A stretch of DNA of 64,000 nucleotides from Trueperaceae bacterium (GCA_965213705.1 OZ243913.1:4096001-4160000); one strand, 5' to 3'; counted from the stretch's first letter, positions 1 through 11,706 are shown. Notes: generated by a model from the letters alone, not told the origin. A program made the numbers and translations.

Positions 1-321
1 GGTGGTCGAAACGCCTGCGTTGTTGACAAGTATGTCGAGGCGGTCATGGCCGTGCGTAAAGGACGCCGCAAAGTTGTGGGCGGACTCGAGGCTGGCTAAG
101 TCGAGCTGTATGACGACCGCGTCAGCGCTACCAAGCTCACGCTTTATCTCAGCTACTGCTCTTTTTGCCTTGTCCTGATCGCGGCACGCCAGGACGACTC
201 GAGCCCCCTTGCGGGACAGTTCTTTGGCGGTTTCAAAACCGATGCCGCTGTTCGCGCCTGTGACGATGGCGACCTTGCCCGTTAAGTTAGGGATGTTTTC
301 GGTTGACCATGTGTTGCTCAT
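1..321 (-). CDS. Short-chain dehydrogenase/reductase (N-terminal part; truncated by window start)
   Basis: Manual translation from ATG at 321: MSNTWSTENIPNLTGKVAIVTGANSGIG...RLDILVNNAGV; TGxxxGxG and NNAG motifs; paralog of 456..1421. Confidence 0.9.
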   Translation of the reverse strand, partial: MSNTWSTENIPNLTGKVAIVTGANSGIGFETAKELSRKGARVVLACRDQDKAKRAVAEIKRELGSADAVVIQLDLASLESAHNFAASFTHGHDRLDILVNNAGVSTT

Positions 322-455
322 CCGTTCGACCCTGTTTCCGCTTTAGCTAAGCTGGCAACGTCTGATGCGAACGTCCATGACCAAAGGGTGAACACGGACA
401 GCCCGACAAAGCCGGTAAACAAACGGAGGATAAGGTTTATTGCTTTCTTTGCGGC

Positions 456-1421
456 TCACCTGCGTTGAGCCGTGAGCGTGTCTGCGGCTTGTCGGCTAAA
501 GTCGTAGCGCACCCCCGTAAGCGCTTCGGAAACCTCCCAGAAACGCTTTCGGGCGTCGGCGTCGTAAGCGTCTTTATTGGCTTTCTTCTCGGCGGGGTAA
601 CCTTTCAGGTTCAACGTCCTCGGTCCGTAAAAAGCGCCGCCCTCAGCCTCTTGCGCCGTTGCGCCGTAAAGCTGCGGGAGAACGCCCATGCTCACGTCCT
701 GCCCCATGAGCGGTCCGGCGACGCGGTACAGGAAGCCCTCAACCCCCGTTCCCGACTGTTCGACGCTGTTGGCCTGTAAGTTGCCCATCACGAGACCGGG
801 ATGAGACGAGTTGGCGATGGCGCTGTGCCCGGCTGCGCTCAGACGTTTTTGCAATTCAAAAGTGAAAAAGACGTTCGCCAGTTTGCTCTGGTTGTAGGCC
901 GTCCAGCGACCGTAGTCCTTTTCGCCCATGAGGTCGTCGAAATCGATGCTGCCCATGTAGTTGGCGCTGCTGCTGACGGTGTGAACACGCGCGTTCGGCG
1001 TTTGGGTGATGACGCCCAGCAGCAAACCTGTAAGCGCAAAGTGCCCGAGGTGGTTCACGCCGAGTTGCGTCTCGAAGCCGTCAGGGGTTTCTCGGCGTGG
1101 GATAGCCATGACGCCGGCGTTGTTCAGGAGGATGTCCAGGCGGTCGTACCCGGCTTTGAACGCGTCGGCAAATTTGCGCACCGACTCGAGCCTGCCGACA
1201 TCGAGCTGCAGCAACGCTAAAGATGCCTCTGGAACTTCCCTCAAAATCTCTTCTTTGGCTGTTTCGCCTTTGGCTAAGTTACGAACGGCCATGACGACCG
1301 TTGCGCCTTTGCGGACCAGCGCTTTTGAAGACTCGAGCCCCAGACCGCCGTTCGCGCCGGTAACGACGACAACTTTGCCGGTCAAGTCAGGGATGTCTTT
1401 TTGGGTCCAGTTCCGGTTCAT
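456..1421 (-). CDS. SDR family oxidoreductase (retinol-dehydrogenase-like)
   Basis: TGANGGLG, NNAG, YNQSK catalytic motif. Confidence 0.93.
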   Translation of the reverse strand: MNRNWTQKDIPDLTGKVVVVTGANGGLGLESSKALVRKGATVVMAVRNLAKGETAKEEILREVPEASLALLQLDVGRLESVRKFADAFKAGYDRLDILLNNAGVMAIPRRETPDGFETQLGVNHLGHFALTGLLLGVITQTPNARVHTVSSSANYMGSIDFDDLMGEKDYGRWTAYNQSKLANVFFTFELQKRLSAAGHSAIANSSHPGLVMGNLQANSVEQSGTGVEGFLYRVAGPLMGQDVSMGVLPQLYGATAQEAEGGAFYGPRTLNLKGYPAEKKANKDAYDADARKRFWEVSEALTGVRYDFSRQAADTLTAQRR

Positions 1422-1447
1422 TTTGCTCCTTTAGGGTGCTACTCGCA

Positions 1448-2467
1448 TTAGAAAAAAGCAGTCACGCCCAGGCGTAGCCCGTACACCGTAGCAAACTCGG
1501 TATGGTTGAAGGTCGGTCCAACCGTAAGCTGATAATCGCTCTCGCTGTGCGTGTAAAAAAGGCTGCCCGAAGCTTGCAGGGCGCTCGAGCCCTCCGAAAA
1601 ACTGTCTACCAAACCGAAGCTGGTGTTCAAGTCCAAGTTGCCCGCGTCGCCCACCGGCAAGCTGAGCTGTCCTAAGAGTTGCGGGTAAGGGTTCGCTAGG
1701 TTGAGAAACGCCCCTTCAAAGTCCAACTCCGTCTCTATCGCCGTGTCAAGCGGGTCAGCCGCGTAAGCTGCCTCCACCGTCCAGAGTAAATCATCCCAAA
1801 AGCCGCTCGCGCCCAACGCGCCGCGCCCGTCCCAGGGATTGCTCAACAGCCAAGCCTCACCGTAGACGACAATGTCGCCCAACAGACCGCTGCCGCCCAA
1901 GCCCGCCGCAAAGCCGTTCAGGTAGACAAGATGCGCCTCGAGGTCGAAACTACTGAACTCGCGCCGCACGCTCACCACGCCGCCGAGCTGGTCGTCCTGA
2001 GTGCGGTAAAGAAGGGCAGGGCGAACGCGCCAGTCCTCGAGATAAACATTGGCTCTCACGCCCAGCAAGCCCAGAGGTTGGCCCAGTCGGTTTACCGGCT
2101 CAACGCGAAACGGAACGCTGAGGCGGGCGGTCTCGAGCGGCAAGCGCTCCAAGCCCGCACTAAAGTCCACCGTGTCCAAACGGTAAAGCGCAAAGGCTTC
2201 GGTCAAACCAGGTTCGGTAAGAGCGCTGTCCAGCCCGGCGTTTGTCACACGCAGAGTTGGGTCGAGGATAAGGCGGAAATCTAAGGGCTCGATAGAATAG
2301 TCGGCCTCGAGATGCCCGCGCAAGCTGAGCCCAACCGCTTCGTTCAGCACTTGGTTTGTAGAGGCCAAAGAGAGGTCGGTGGAGACTTCGAGTTCGCCTC
2401 GGTAGCTGAGCTGAGCGAAGGAGAGAGACGTAGCAAGAAATGCGAACAGGATGAAAAGAGGTTTCAT
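1448..2467 (-). CDS. Secreted, probable outer-membrane beta-barrel protein associated with the ABC exporter
   Basis: Signal peptide MKPLFILFAFLATSLSFA; amphipathic beta-strand pattern; C-terminal Phe; last gene of the ABC cluster. Confidence 0.6.
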   Translation of the reverse strand: MKPLFILFAFLATSLSFAQLSYRGELEVSTDLSLASTNQVLNEAVGLSLRGHLEADYSIEPLDFRLILDPTLRVTNAGLDSALTEPGLTEAFALYRLDTVDFSAGLERLPLETARLSVPFRVEPVNRLGQPLGLLGVRANVYLEDWRVRPALLYRTQDDQLGGVVSVRREFSSFDLEAHLVYLNGFAAGLGGSGLLGDIVVYGEAWLLSNPWDGRGALGASGFWDDLLWTVEAAYAADPLDTAIETELDFEGAFLNLANPYPQLLGQLSLPVGDAGNLDLNTSFGLVDSFSEGSSALQASGSLFYTHSESDYQLTVGPTFNHTEFATVYGLRLGVTAFF

Positions 2468-2513
2468 GATGGTTCCTCGAGAGCAAGGGTTAGAGCAGGC
2501 CCTTTAGCTTCCC

Positions 2514-3212
2514 TCAAGCAAGAACCGCCTCGCGCTCGCGCGCCCCGACAACCCGACCATCCTCTAAGTTGACGGTACGCTTCACGTGTTCCAACAGCCT
2601 CGGGTCGTGCGTCGAGAACACAAACGTGACGCCCCGCTCCTCGTTGAGGCGTTTCATCATCTCGATAAGGTCGCCCCCGGATTTGCTGTCTAAGTTCGCG
2701 GTGGGCTCGTCCGCCAAGATGATGTCGGGCTCGGCGGCGAAGGCGCGCGCCACCGCCACACGCTGCTGCTGCCCGCCCGAAAGCTGGTTAGGGCGGCGGT
2801 CTTTGAAGTCTTCCATGCCCAATGCTCGCAAAGATTCCAGCGCCCTCCTTTCACGCTCCTTTTTGTTGACGCCCTGGAGTTCCAAGACAAACGCCGCGTT
2901 TTCCAAAGCCGTCAACACCGGGATAAGGTTGTAAGCCTGGAATACGAAGCCCAACTTGTCGAGCCGCATCGCCGCGCCTTCCTTTTTGTCCAACTGGTCG
3001 ATGCGTTGGCCGTTTAAGTAGATTTCGCCTGAGGTCGGCTTGTCGAGGTCGCCCATGAGGTGCAGCAGCGTGCTCTTGCCTGAGCCGGACGGTCCGGCGA
3101 TGGCGGTGAATTCTCCCTTGTCGATGGTTAGGTCTACGCCTCTAAGCGCGTCGGTCTTAACATCACCGATTTGATAGGTTTTCTTGAGGTTCTTGACTTC
3201 GAAGAGGGGCAT
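2514..3212 (-). CDS. ABC transporter ATP-binding protein (LolD/MacB type)
   Basis: Start MPLFEVKNLKK at ATG 3212; Walker A GPSGSGKS, LSGGQQQR, ILADEPTANLD. Confidence 0.95.
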   Translation of the reverse strand: MPLFEVKNLKKTYQIGDVKTDALRGVDLTIDKGEFTAIAGPSGSGKSTLLHLMGDLDKPTSGEIYLNGQRIDQLDKKEGAAMRLDKLGFVFQAYNLIPVLTALENAAFVLELQGVNKKERERRALESLRALGMEDFKDRRPNQLSGGQQQRVAVARAFAAEPDIILADEPTANLDSKSGGDLIEMMKRLNEERGVTFVFSTHDPRLLEHVKRTVNLEDGRVVGAREREAVLA

Positions 3213-3247
3213 GTTGTTTTCCTTTCTGTAATGGGTTTTTACAAGCT

Positions 3248-4477
3248 TTACGCCGTATAACGCATCGCCTCGGCGGGCTCGATGTTGGCCGCCATTCGCG
3301 CGGGACCCAGGGCGGCGAAAAAGGCGGTGAGGACGGCGAAGCCCACCGCGAGCAGCACTTGCCACGGTTCGATGGAGAGGTAGAAGACATTGGGCAGGCC
3401 GACTTCCGCCAGCATCTCTTCGGCGTAACCGGGCATGGCAAAACCACTCGAGCCGAGCCAGACAAGCGGTAGGCCAATGGCAAGTCCTAATGCAGCACCT
3501 GAGAGGCACAGCAACACACTCTCCAACGTCACCATACCCAAGACCCTGCGCGCCCCGGCACCCAAACTGAGGATGACGCCGAACTCGCGCACGCGCTCCA
3601 GGGTGCTCAAGTAAACCGTGTTGAGCACCAGCAGCCCCGCCAGCACGAAAAAGATGAGCGACATGACGAGCAGCACGGGCGTGAAGAACTGGACCAACGT
3701 CGCTAAACTCGGGTCAATCTCCCGCCAGCCTTCTACTGTTAAGTTTTCGGGCAGGGCGCTTCTAAGGGCGGCGACTTCGCTTGCTGTTTGTGCGTCCTCA
3801 TCTAGGGTGTTGACGTTTGCGAAGTGAAGCTCGAGCCGACTCACCGCGTCGGGCGCGGCGAGTTCTTGCGCGGCGGCGAGCGAGAGGTACGCCGCGTTGA
3901 TTTCGCGGTTGGGATCGTCGAAGTCTAAAAGCCCTTCGACGGTGTAAGCCGCCGCGCCGTAGCCTTCGGTGCCGGGGGCGTAGACGTACACGTCGTCGCC
4001 TAGACCGACTTCCAACGCCGTCGCCAAAGACCGACCCAGCATGATGCCCGTGATGTTGTCACCCTCGACGAATGTACCTTCCGCGAGGTAATCGTTGACA
4101 AAGTCCTCTTTGAGCAGGTCGGGCCAATCCTGACCCTGTACGGCTAAACCCCTCGAGCGGTCTTCGCCTGCTACCAGCCCAGGGACTTGCAACGAGCCAA
4201 CCGTCACCGCGTCCGGGAGGGTCTGCGCCACCGCCTCTCTCACTTCTGCGGCGTTCTCAAGCAGTCCAGCTCCAAAGTTCCGCGCGTCCCGGTAGCCTGC
4301 GGTGTGAATCTGCACGTTGCCAACCTGCTTGGTCAGGTCCCCGTACATGCCGTTCGTGAGCGCGCCGCCGAAGCTGTAGATGAGGATGGCAAAGAGCACC
4401 ACGAGGGCGACGGCCAGGATGGAAATGAGGCTGCGCCGGCCCTGCCGCCACAGGTTGCGCCAGGCTAAAGCTATCAT
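3248..4477 (-). CDS. ABC transporter permease (LolC/E, FtsX family)
   Basis: LAWRNLWR N-terminus, ERVREFG motif, four-TM layout; ATGA overlap with upstream gene. Confidence 0.92.
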   Translation of the reverse strand: MIALAWRNLWRQGRRSLISILAVALVVLFAILIYSFGGALTNGMYGDLTKQVGNVQIHTAGYRDARNFGAGLLENAAEVREAVAQTLPDAVTVGSLQVPGLVAGEDRSRGLAVQGQDWPDLLKEDFVNDYLAEGTFVEGDNITGIMLGRSLATALEVGLGDDVYVYAPGTEGYGAAAYTVEGLLDFDDPNREINAAYLSLAAAQELAAPDAVSRLELHFANVNTLDEDAQTASEVAALRSALPENLTVEGWREIDPSLATLVQFFTPVLLVMSLIFFVLAGLLVLNTVYLSTLERVREFGVILSLGAGARRVLGMVTLESVLLCLSGAALGLAIGLPLVWLGSSGFAMPGYAEEMLAEVGLPNVFYLSIEPWQVLLAVGFAVLTAFFAALGPARMAANIEPAEAMRYTA

Positions 4478-5214
4478 TCGCACGCCCCCTCACGTTCTAA
4501 CGTGTTCTGCGTAAAGCACGCTTCAGGAATGTCCACACCGAAGTCGGCGTCTTGCCAGGTGACGACGGTTCTGTGGCCCTCCTCGAGCAAATCTTTAACT
4601 TCAAAGCGTTGCGGAATATAGAGGCCGTCTACTTCGGCGTAATCCGACAGGATGTTTTCTTTCACCGCCGTGTCGCGCTGGTCGAAGTAGGTGATGACGG
4701 TAGGTGCGTAAGAGGGTTTTTCGGCGGTCAGGTGAATCTTGCCGTAAGGGGTCGGAGCGTTCGGGTTGGGGACAAGCTCCAAGGTGACACTCTCGTCCGT
4801 CTCCTCTAAAACGCTTGATTGATAATTTTCTTGTAGGTCGTCTCCAGCGAGGTCATTGTACGAGATGTCCGAGCCCAAAAACGAGTCGCTTTGACCGCTC
4901 GGCGGCAACCGGAGCACGCGCTTTAAGCGGGGGTTGTAGATAAAAACATTGTCGCCGTCGTTTAAAAAAGCTTGCCCGGCGTCGCGGGGCGGGGCGACAA
5001 CGCGCGTGAGTCCTTTGTCTTCGCCTTCGCTGTAGATGCGCATGGTGTAGGTGTCTTTTTCGTCGGGGCGAATCACCTCCATGTTCAACGTCGCCACCTG
5101 CGACTCGCCGCGCAAGTTACTCACAATGGTGTCTAAGATGCTCGCCGCGTCCTCTTGGGCACTGGCGAAGCCCAAGCTAAGCAAAACGGTTAGGGTGATT
5201 AGAAGGCTTTTCAT
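4474..5214 (-). CDS. Outer-membrane lipoprotein-sorting (LolA-like) protein
   Basis: Signal peptide; SFLGSDISYNDL motif; lies between two LolC/E-like permeases. Confidence 0.85.
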   Translation of the reverse strand: MKSLLITLTVLLSLGFASAQEDAASILDTIVSNLRGESQVATLNMEVIRPDEKDTYTMRIYSEGEDKGLTRVVAPPRDAGQAFLNDGDNVFIYNPRLKRVLRLPPSGQSDSFLGSDISYNDLAGDDLQENYQSSVLEETDESVTLELVPNPNAPTPYGKIHLTAEKPSYAPTVITYFDQRDTAVKENILSDYAEVDGLYIPQRFEVKDLLEEGHRTVVTWQDADFGVDIPEACFTQNTLEREGACE

Positions 5215-5232
5215 GGGAATTCCTTTCCGAAA

Positions 5233-6459
5233 TTAGCTCGCCCGCATCGCCTCGGCGGGGTTGAGGTTGCGCACGCGCCTGCCGGGCACGACGATGGCGA
5301 GTACGGCGGCAATAAGGATGGTGATGGCGGCCCAGGCGAGGTAGGTCAGGCTCGAGGCCAGCACAAACTCATCGCTCAGCGCTAAGCCCGACAGGTAAGC
5401 GCCGTAAAAGGTGTTGATAAAGGGTCCTAAAAGGTTGGTTGCAGACGCGAGTGCGCTCAGGCCGAACCCGAGCACCGCGCCCGCGGCAAAACCGATAAAG
5501 GTGGTGTAGACGGCCTCGAGCGTCACCATCCGCGCCAGTTGCCCCTGGCTGAGCCCGAGCGATGTGATGACGCCGAACTCCCTGGTACGCTCAATGACGC
5601 TGACAATCACGGTGCTCATCACAGTTACCGCGGCGAAGAGGGCGATTATCAGGACAATTGGAATCATCGAAGTGCGTTTGCCCTCGATGCCCGCCATGAT
5701 GCCGCCCAGCAGTTCCGAAATCGGGTAAGCCGCCACGCCTTGCGGCAAGACTGAGGCCGCGTTAAGGGCTTCGGCCACCCCTTCCTCGTCGCCCTGCCGC
5801 ACGTCGAGCGCCACGCCCGTGGCGGTATCTACACCCGTGAGCGTTCTGGCATCCGTTAAGTGAACCAGCACCACACCTTCGTCTACGGGGTTGATGTTGC
5901 TGTCGATGATGCCCACGACTTGCAGCCCCGCGCCCTGCGAGCCGCCCACGGACTGCACGTCGAGCGCCAGGCGTTCGCCCACCCGCACGTCCAAATCTTC
6001 GGCGAGAACTTTACCCAGAACGAGTTCGCTCTCGTTCTCGACCATGCGCCCCTCGCCAATGTCGCCGCCGATGTCACTGACTTGTGGCTCTAAACTCGGG
6101 TCGATGCCGCGAACTTGCGCGCCCAAGGTGCGGTAAGGGGAACGCAACAGGGCCTGGAACTCGAGCCTCGGCGCAAACCCCCTTACGCCCTCGACCCCTG
6201 TGAGCGCGTCTTCAAAATCCAGGGTCGGCAGGCTGTTCTCCGGGTCGGGGTCGGTGCGATACGCTTCGGTCTGCACCATCACCGGGGCGCTGAGGTAACG
6301 CGCCTGACCGCCTAACAAGACGTTGACAAAGCCGTCATAAAAGCCCCAGAAGAAGATGATGGCGACCGTTGCGTAGGCCACTACCGCCAAGAGAAGCTGC
6401 GTGCGGCGCTTGTGCCGCCACAGGTTGCGCCAAGCGAGTTTGGAAATGGAGGTAGTCAT
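5233..6459 (-). CDS. ABC transporter permease (LolC/E, FtsX family)
   Basis: LAWRNLWR, ERTREFG, C-terminal PAEAMR. Confidence 0.92.
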   Translation of the reverse strand: MTTSISKLAWRNLWRHKRRTQLLLAVVAYATVAIIFFWGFYDGFVNVLLGGQARYLSAPVMVQTEAYRTDPDPENSLPTLDFEDALTGVEGVRGFAPRLEFQALLRSPYRTLGAQVRGIDPSLEPQVSDIGGDIGEGRMVENESELVLGKVLAEDLDVRVGERLALDVQSVGGSQGAGLQVVGIIDSNINPVDEGVVLVHLTDARTLTGVDTATGVALDVRQGDEEGVAEALNAASVLPQGVAAYPISELLGGIMAGIEGKRTSMIPIVLIIALFAAVTVMSTVIVSVIERTREFGVITSLGLSQGQLARMVTLEAVYTTFIGFAAGAVLGFGLSALASATNLLGPFINTFYGAYLSGLALSDEFVLASSLTYLAWAAITILIAAVLAIVVPGRRVRNLNPAEAMRAS

Positions 6460-6565
6460 CCCTTTCTCCTTTCAAAAAATACAGAAACCGCTGACTTTCT
6501 TCTCAAAAAATCTTCGTCGAAGGAAGTCGCTATAAACAAGGCCGCGAGGCCACCTGTAAGGGTCG

Positions 6566-7042
6566 TCATGCCGGAATCAACTCCTCTGACACTTTCAGCG
6601 CGTCCCAGCGCTCGAACACGCTCGGGAACTCGCGCTCGACAAAGCTGTAAAAGTCGCGCATCTCCTCGAGCCCACGTTTCACCTCGGGGTCGCTAGAGTC
6701 GAGCAGCCCCAAGCCGCGCTCCGCCAGTTCCCGGTACAGCCTCGCTTCCTCTAAACCCCGCCTCGTCATCTCCACCCAGGCCCCCGGCTTGTTGCGAAAA
6801 TAACTGCGCCGCTCGCCAGGTTTCGAGATGCGCTCGATAAAACCGAGTTGAATAAGGTAGCGCGTGGAGGTGCTAATGGAGCCCCGGCTGGCTTGCAAGG
6901 TCGCGGCCAGTTCATCGGCGGACTGTTCAGCGGGGTCGGCCACAAGGAGCGCGCCCAGCACGCGCCCGGACATGCGCGTCATGCCGCTCTGCTCGAGCTT
7001 TAAGCCGACTTCCTCGATATACTTTTCCTTGGCCTTGCTCAA
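6566..7042 (-). CDS. GbsR/MarR-family transcriptional regulator
   Basis: GMTRMSGRVLGALL...SRGSISTS...GERRSYF winged HTH; AGGAGG RBS before TTG. Confidence 0.88.
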   Translation of the reverse strand: MSKAKEKYIEEVGLKLEQSGMTRMSGRVLGALLVADPAEQSADELAATLQASRGSISTSTRYLIQLGFIERISKPGERRSYFRNKPGAWVEMTRRGLEEARLYRELAERGLGLLDSSDPEVKRGLEEMRDFYSFVEREFPSVFERWDALKVSEELIPA

Positions 7043-7076
7043 AAGACACCTCCTGTGCGTGACGAAGATTTGGAAC

Positions 7077-7094
7077 TTTCAAGACTTACTGAAA
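7077..7094. promoter_or_regulatory. Palindromic operator TTTCA-N8-TGAAA, probably bound by the GbsR-like regulator
   Basis: Inverted repeat between the -10 (TAAGTT, 7102-7097) and the RBS of the regulator gene. Confidence 0.5.
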
Positions 7095-7195
7095 TCAACT
7101 TACAGTAGAAATATAAAGATTCTGCAAAGATAGGCCGTGGTGCGCGTTGCTGAAGGGGCTAAAAGGATGTGTCAAGGCGCTCAGCGTCCCATTCG

Positions 7196-7385
7196 CTGTT
7201 GCCAGCGAAACAGCCGCGCCGCCAACACGCCACCGACGACCAAAATGCCAAGAAAAGTTCAGACCGACAGCGCAGGCCAACCCTCCCCAAACGACAACGA
7301 CTGCGTCACCACGGGTGTCAGCATCAACGGCGGCAAAATCCCCGTATTGCTCGGTCAGATGACGCACAGAGCCAACGGGTGACGA
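7196..7385 (-). pseudogene. Remnant of an ABC-2 transporter operon (ATPase N-terminus joined to permease C-terminus)
   Basis: One frame reads VRHLTEQYGDFAAVD (ABC ATPase start); another reads FGEGWPALSV*TFLGILVVGGVLAARLFRWQ (ABC-2 permease end, internal stop). Confidence 0.5.
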
Positions 7386-7538
7386 CTTATCCTGGAAATC
7401 TCGTGTTATGTATGGGTTCCCTGAGTCTTGCCAAATCCTATAGACGTCGACATTCTCGCTTTTTGCGATTTCAGTAACGAACCTGGACTACGCGCACCCC
7501 TCCAGCACAAAGCCCCCCGTGCCCAGGGGTGCGGATGT

Positions 7539-7742
7539 TTAGCTTTTTCGAGCCTGCACGCACCCAATAACGCTATCTAAAAAGGCACCCGTAGCTGCAC
7601 CAATGCCAGCACCAGCACCCGCGCCAAGACCTGTAAGCCAGCCAACGAGCGCTCCAGCTCCAAGACCAGAACCAATGCCTGCGCCCATACTGGCACCAGA
7701 ACCGGCCCACCTACCTGCATGAGACGTGTTATTTGCATTCAT
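7539..7742 (-). CDS. Small glycine-rich (glycine-zipper) membrane protein
   Basis: GxxxG repeats; AAGGAG RBS. Confidence 0.6.
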   Translation of the reverse strand: MNANNTSHAGRWAGSGASMGAGIGSGLGAGALVGWLTGLGAGAGAGIGAATGAFLDSVIGCVQARKS

Positions 7743-7833
7743 CTGTTCTCTCCTTTTCTGCCCTTGTGTTAGGGCGCGGCACGTTTTAATTGCGCTTAGT
7801 AGCTTCAGTTTATTGAAAAATCATCAAGAATCA

Positions 7834-7868
7834 GGCAAGCCTTTATCAAAATTTGATAAAGGCTTGCC
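7834..7868 (-). terminator. Perfect 17-bp inverted repeat downstream of the SDR gene (terminator-like)
   Basis: GGCAAGCCTTTATCAAA-A-TTTGATAAAGGCTTGCC. Confidence 0.6.
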
Positions 7869-7979
7869 GTGCGTACTGAGATTTAACGGTCGAGTTTTTA
7901 CATCCGGCGAGCTTGGCTTAGCATCGTCCGACGTGGCTCGAGCAACCGGGTCGTCAGGCTGTCTGCCTGCGTCAACGCG

Positions 7980-8744
7980 CTAAGCGGCTTGCCACCCTCC
8001 GTCCGCCGGGATAGCGGCACCGTTAATCAGCTTAGACTCGTCTGAGGCTAGAAAGAGGGCCAAGTCGGCGATGTCGGTGGGCTCGAGCATTGCCGGCATG
8101 ACGGCTTGGTACTTCTGCAAGCGCTCGGACGCGAACGGGTCGAGCTTGCTCATGTCGGCTTCACCCATGATGTTGGTTCTGACCCCACCTGCGACGATGC
8201 AGTTGCAGCGAATGCCTTTGGTCGCGTAGATATAGGCGGTGCTGCGAGTCAAGCCCACGACGGCGTGTTTCGACACGGTATAAGCCGCCCCCGCTGCGCC
8301 CCCGCCGACCCCGGCGGCCGACGCCGTGTTGATAATCGAGCCGCCGCCGTGTTGGGCCATATATTGCACGGCCTTGCGGCTGGCGTACATGGGGCCGTCC
8401 ACGTTGATGCTCATGACGCGCTCCCACAGCTCATCACTCAGTTCACCGACGCCGTGCATCAAATCCATGACGCCCGCGTTGTTGCACAGGATGTCGAGTT
8501 TACCGTAGGTTGACAGGGCGGTTTCAATCAGCCGTTCGGCGTCCTCCTTGATCGATACATCGCCCTGCACACCGGTAATCTCACCCTTCGCCGTCCCAAC
8601 CTCGTCAACAACCGCGGCAAGCGTGTCTTGTTTCCAATCGCCTGCGACGACCCGAGCGCCTTCTTTGGCGAAAAGGTGCGCCATCGCGCGACCCATGCCG
8701 GAACCTGCGCCCGTTATGACGGCTACCTTACCTGAAAGTCTCAT
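7980..8744 (-). CDS. SDR family oxidoreductase (FabG-like)
   Basis: [20 protein letters not shown] near C-terminus. Confidence 0.93.
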   Translation of the reverse strand: MRLSGKVAVITGAGSGMGRAMAHLFAKEGARVVAGDWKQDTLAAVVDEVGTAKGEITGVQGDVSIKEDAERLIETALSTYGKLDILCNNAGVMDLMHGVGELSDELWERVMSINVDGPMYASRKAVQYMAQHGGGSIINTASAAGVGGGAAGAAYTVSKHAVVGLTRSTAYIYATKGIRCNCIVAGGVRTNIMGEADMSKLDPFASERLQKYQAVMPAMLEPTDIADLALFLASDESKLINGAAIPADGGWQAA

Positions 8745-8807
8745 GCTGTTTCTCCTTTGCTGGAATGTGTTTAGGTTTCATAAATGGCTTTGCTGTGTAC
8801 CCTAACT

Positions 8808-9701
8808 TTACACCACCCCGCTCGTCAGCGCCAAAAAAGCGTCGATGGCCGCCGTAACTGCTGCCGGTTTTTCCAAATGGGGCGCGTGTCCAGCGCCCAT
8901 AATCCACTGCAAACGGGCAGCGGAAAAGCGGTCGGTTGCCCCGGCAAAAGCTCGCGAGGGTTGTGTGAAATCCATGTCGCCCTGCAACAGCAAAACGGGC
9001 ATTATCATTCGAGAAAAACGTTCTTGCTGTTGAGCCACACTGACTAAAGCGAGCGCTCGAGCGTAGCGCGGCACCGCTGCGGCCACCCCCGGACGCGAAA
9101 ACGCCGCGACGAGCCGCCGGTAGTCCTCCGGCTGAACCGGCTCTTGAGTTCTAGCGCCGTAATGCTCGCGCAGAAAGTCTTCAGGGTCGGTCAGCAAGAG
9201 CGGGGCCAGCGCGGGGTCGCCCAGAATCGACAGCGCCGTGTGAAAAAAGGGCTCGAGCCGCGCGACGGGCAACTGCATTCGGACGTAGCTCAGCACCCGG
9301 TTCGGCACGCTACCGGCTACCACGTCGCCGATGACGCTGCCGAGTTCATAAGTGACGAGGTGAAACCGCTCGAGTCCAATGTTGCCGAGCAGCCGCATGA
9401 TTTCCGCGGCGACACCTTCGGGTGAGTAGTCGCCGTCGTTTTTGTGAGACTGTCCGAACCCTTTGAGGTCGAGCGCGATGACGTGGTAATCGGCTGAAAG
9501 TGCCTCGAGTTGGTGATGCCAGGCGTACCAGTATTCCGGGAAACCGTGGAGGAAAACGACAGCTTCGCCCGCGCCCGCCTCGACGTAGTGCCAGCGCTCA
9601 CCCTCGACCTCGGCAAAGTGATGCTCGAAAAAGATGTTGTGGACTGAACTGCTTACCGGCAACTTGAGCGCAGAAGCTCCAGCACCTAACGACTTATTCA
9701 T
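8808..9701 (-). CDS. Alpha/beta hydrolase (epoxide hydrolase-like)
   Basis: FLHGFPE, DLKGFGQS, GAGHAPHLE; ATG 9701 preceded by GGAGG. Confidence 0.85.
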   Translation of the reverse strand: MNKSLGAGASALKLPVSSSVHNIFFEHHFAEVEGERWHYVEAGAGEAVVFLHGFPEYWYAWHHQLEALSADYHVIALDLKGFGQSHKNDGDYSPEGVAAEIMRLLGNIGLERFHLVTYELGSVIGDVVAGSVPNRVLSYVRMQLPVARLEPFFHTALSILGDPALAPLLLTDPEDFLREHYGARTQEPVQPEDYRRLVAAFSRPGVAAAVPRYARALALVSVAQQQERFSRMIMPVLLLQGDMDFTQPSRAFAGATDRFSAARLQWIMGAGHAPHLEKPAAVTAAIDAFLALTSGVV

Positions 9702-9814
9702 TTCGGCCTCCACCTAAAGCATGGAGAACGTCTGCAAAGATTCGCTATAGAAAGCGTCAAGATTCCGTAAAGGCTCTTGATGAAATCTTTATAAACCCCC
9801 TTTAGCCTGGTGGA

Positions 9815-10512
<698 letters not shown>

Positions 10513-10513
<1 letters not shown>

Positions 10514-11706
10514 TGAACAGCCTCTGGCTGCGCATTGCCCTGGTCAGTTCGCTGAGCGTCGTGCTGACCGTGATCTTGTTCCTCGTGGTACAGGACTACT
10601 ACTTCAGACGGGCTTTTCAAGCAACAAGTCCTATTTTTCAGCAGGCGCTCACCGAAGTCATGAGCAATCCCGCCTTGAGTGCCGACGAACAGCTTGAAGT
10701 GTTGCGTGTGGCAACGCGCGAAGTAACCGAGGACAACGAGGCGTTCCGCCAGTACATGACGCAGCTTACGAACGTGCTGGACACTCGACAACGCCTGCCG
10801 CGGATTGCCGCGCGTATCAGTCTACCCGTATCGCTGATTTTCGCGCTCCTGCTCGCCTGGTACATCGCCCGGCCCATTCGGGGTGTTACGTGGGCCGCCA
10901 ACCAGATTTCCCAGGGCAACTTGACAGCGCGCGCACCCGTGTCGGGGGGTGCCTGGCTCGCCCCGAGCGAGTTGACGGGACTCACGCGTGACTTCAACAC
11001 GATGGCGGCAACGCTGGAGCGGCTGGAAACCGAACGGAAAAACATGATTGCCGACATCTCCCACGAACTGCGCACGCCCCTGACCGTCATGCAGGGGCAA
11101 ATCGACGCCATGACCGAAGGCGTGCGGCCCTTAAGTCACGAGTCGCTGGCTAAGCTGAACCGTCAAACCCAGCTCTTGTCCCGGCTGGTGCAAGACCTGA
11201 GGACGCTGTCTCTCGCCGAGGCGGGTCGTTTGTCGCTCGAGCTTCTTCCAATAGACATAGCTCGACTCGCCAAAAGCGTGACCACGGGCTTCGAGGTTGC
11301 GGCCGCCGAAAAGCAAATCCGTTTGACCTTTGAGAACAGTTTATCGCACAAAGTCATCCTTTCAGCCGACCCGGACCGGCTCGAGCAGGTGCTCGCTTGC
11401 CTGCTCGACAACGCGGTGCGCTACACGCCAAGTGGCGGCTTTATCGAGGTCGAATTGACAGCAGAGGACGAGCAAGTCCTTTTTTCCGTCAGAAATTCCG
11501 GCGCCGGCCTCAGCGAAGACACTCTAAAGCACGTCTTCGACCGGTTTTACCGAAGTTCTGCGGCGCGTGAGCACGTTCTCGGCGGCAGCGGCTTGGGACT
11601 CGCCATCGCCAAAGCCCTCGTCGAGGCGCATGGGGGTGAGGTGAGTGCGGCCAATCACCCCGGCGGGGGCGCTGTGTTTGCCTTAACGCTTGGGGGAAAA
11701 AGTTGA
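10513..11706 (+). CDS. HAMP sensor histidine kinase (BaeS-like)
   Basis: Two TM segments, HAMP, SHELRTPL H-box, FDRFYR, GSGLGLAI. Confidence 0.95.
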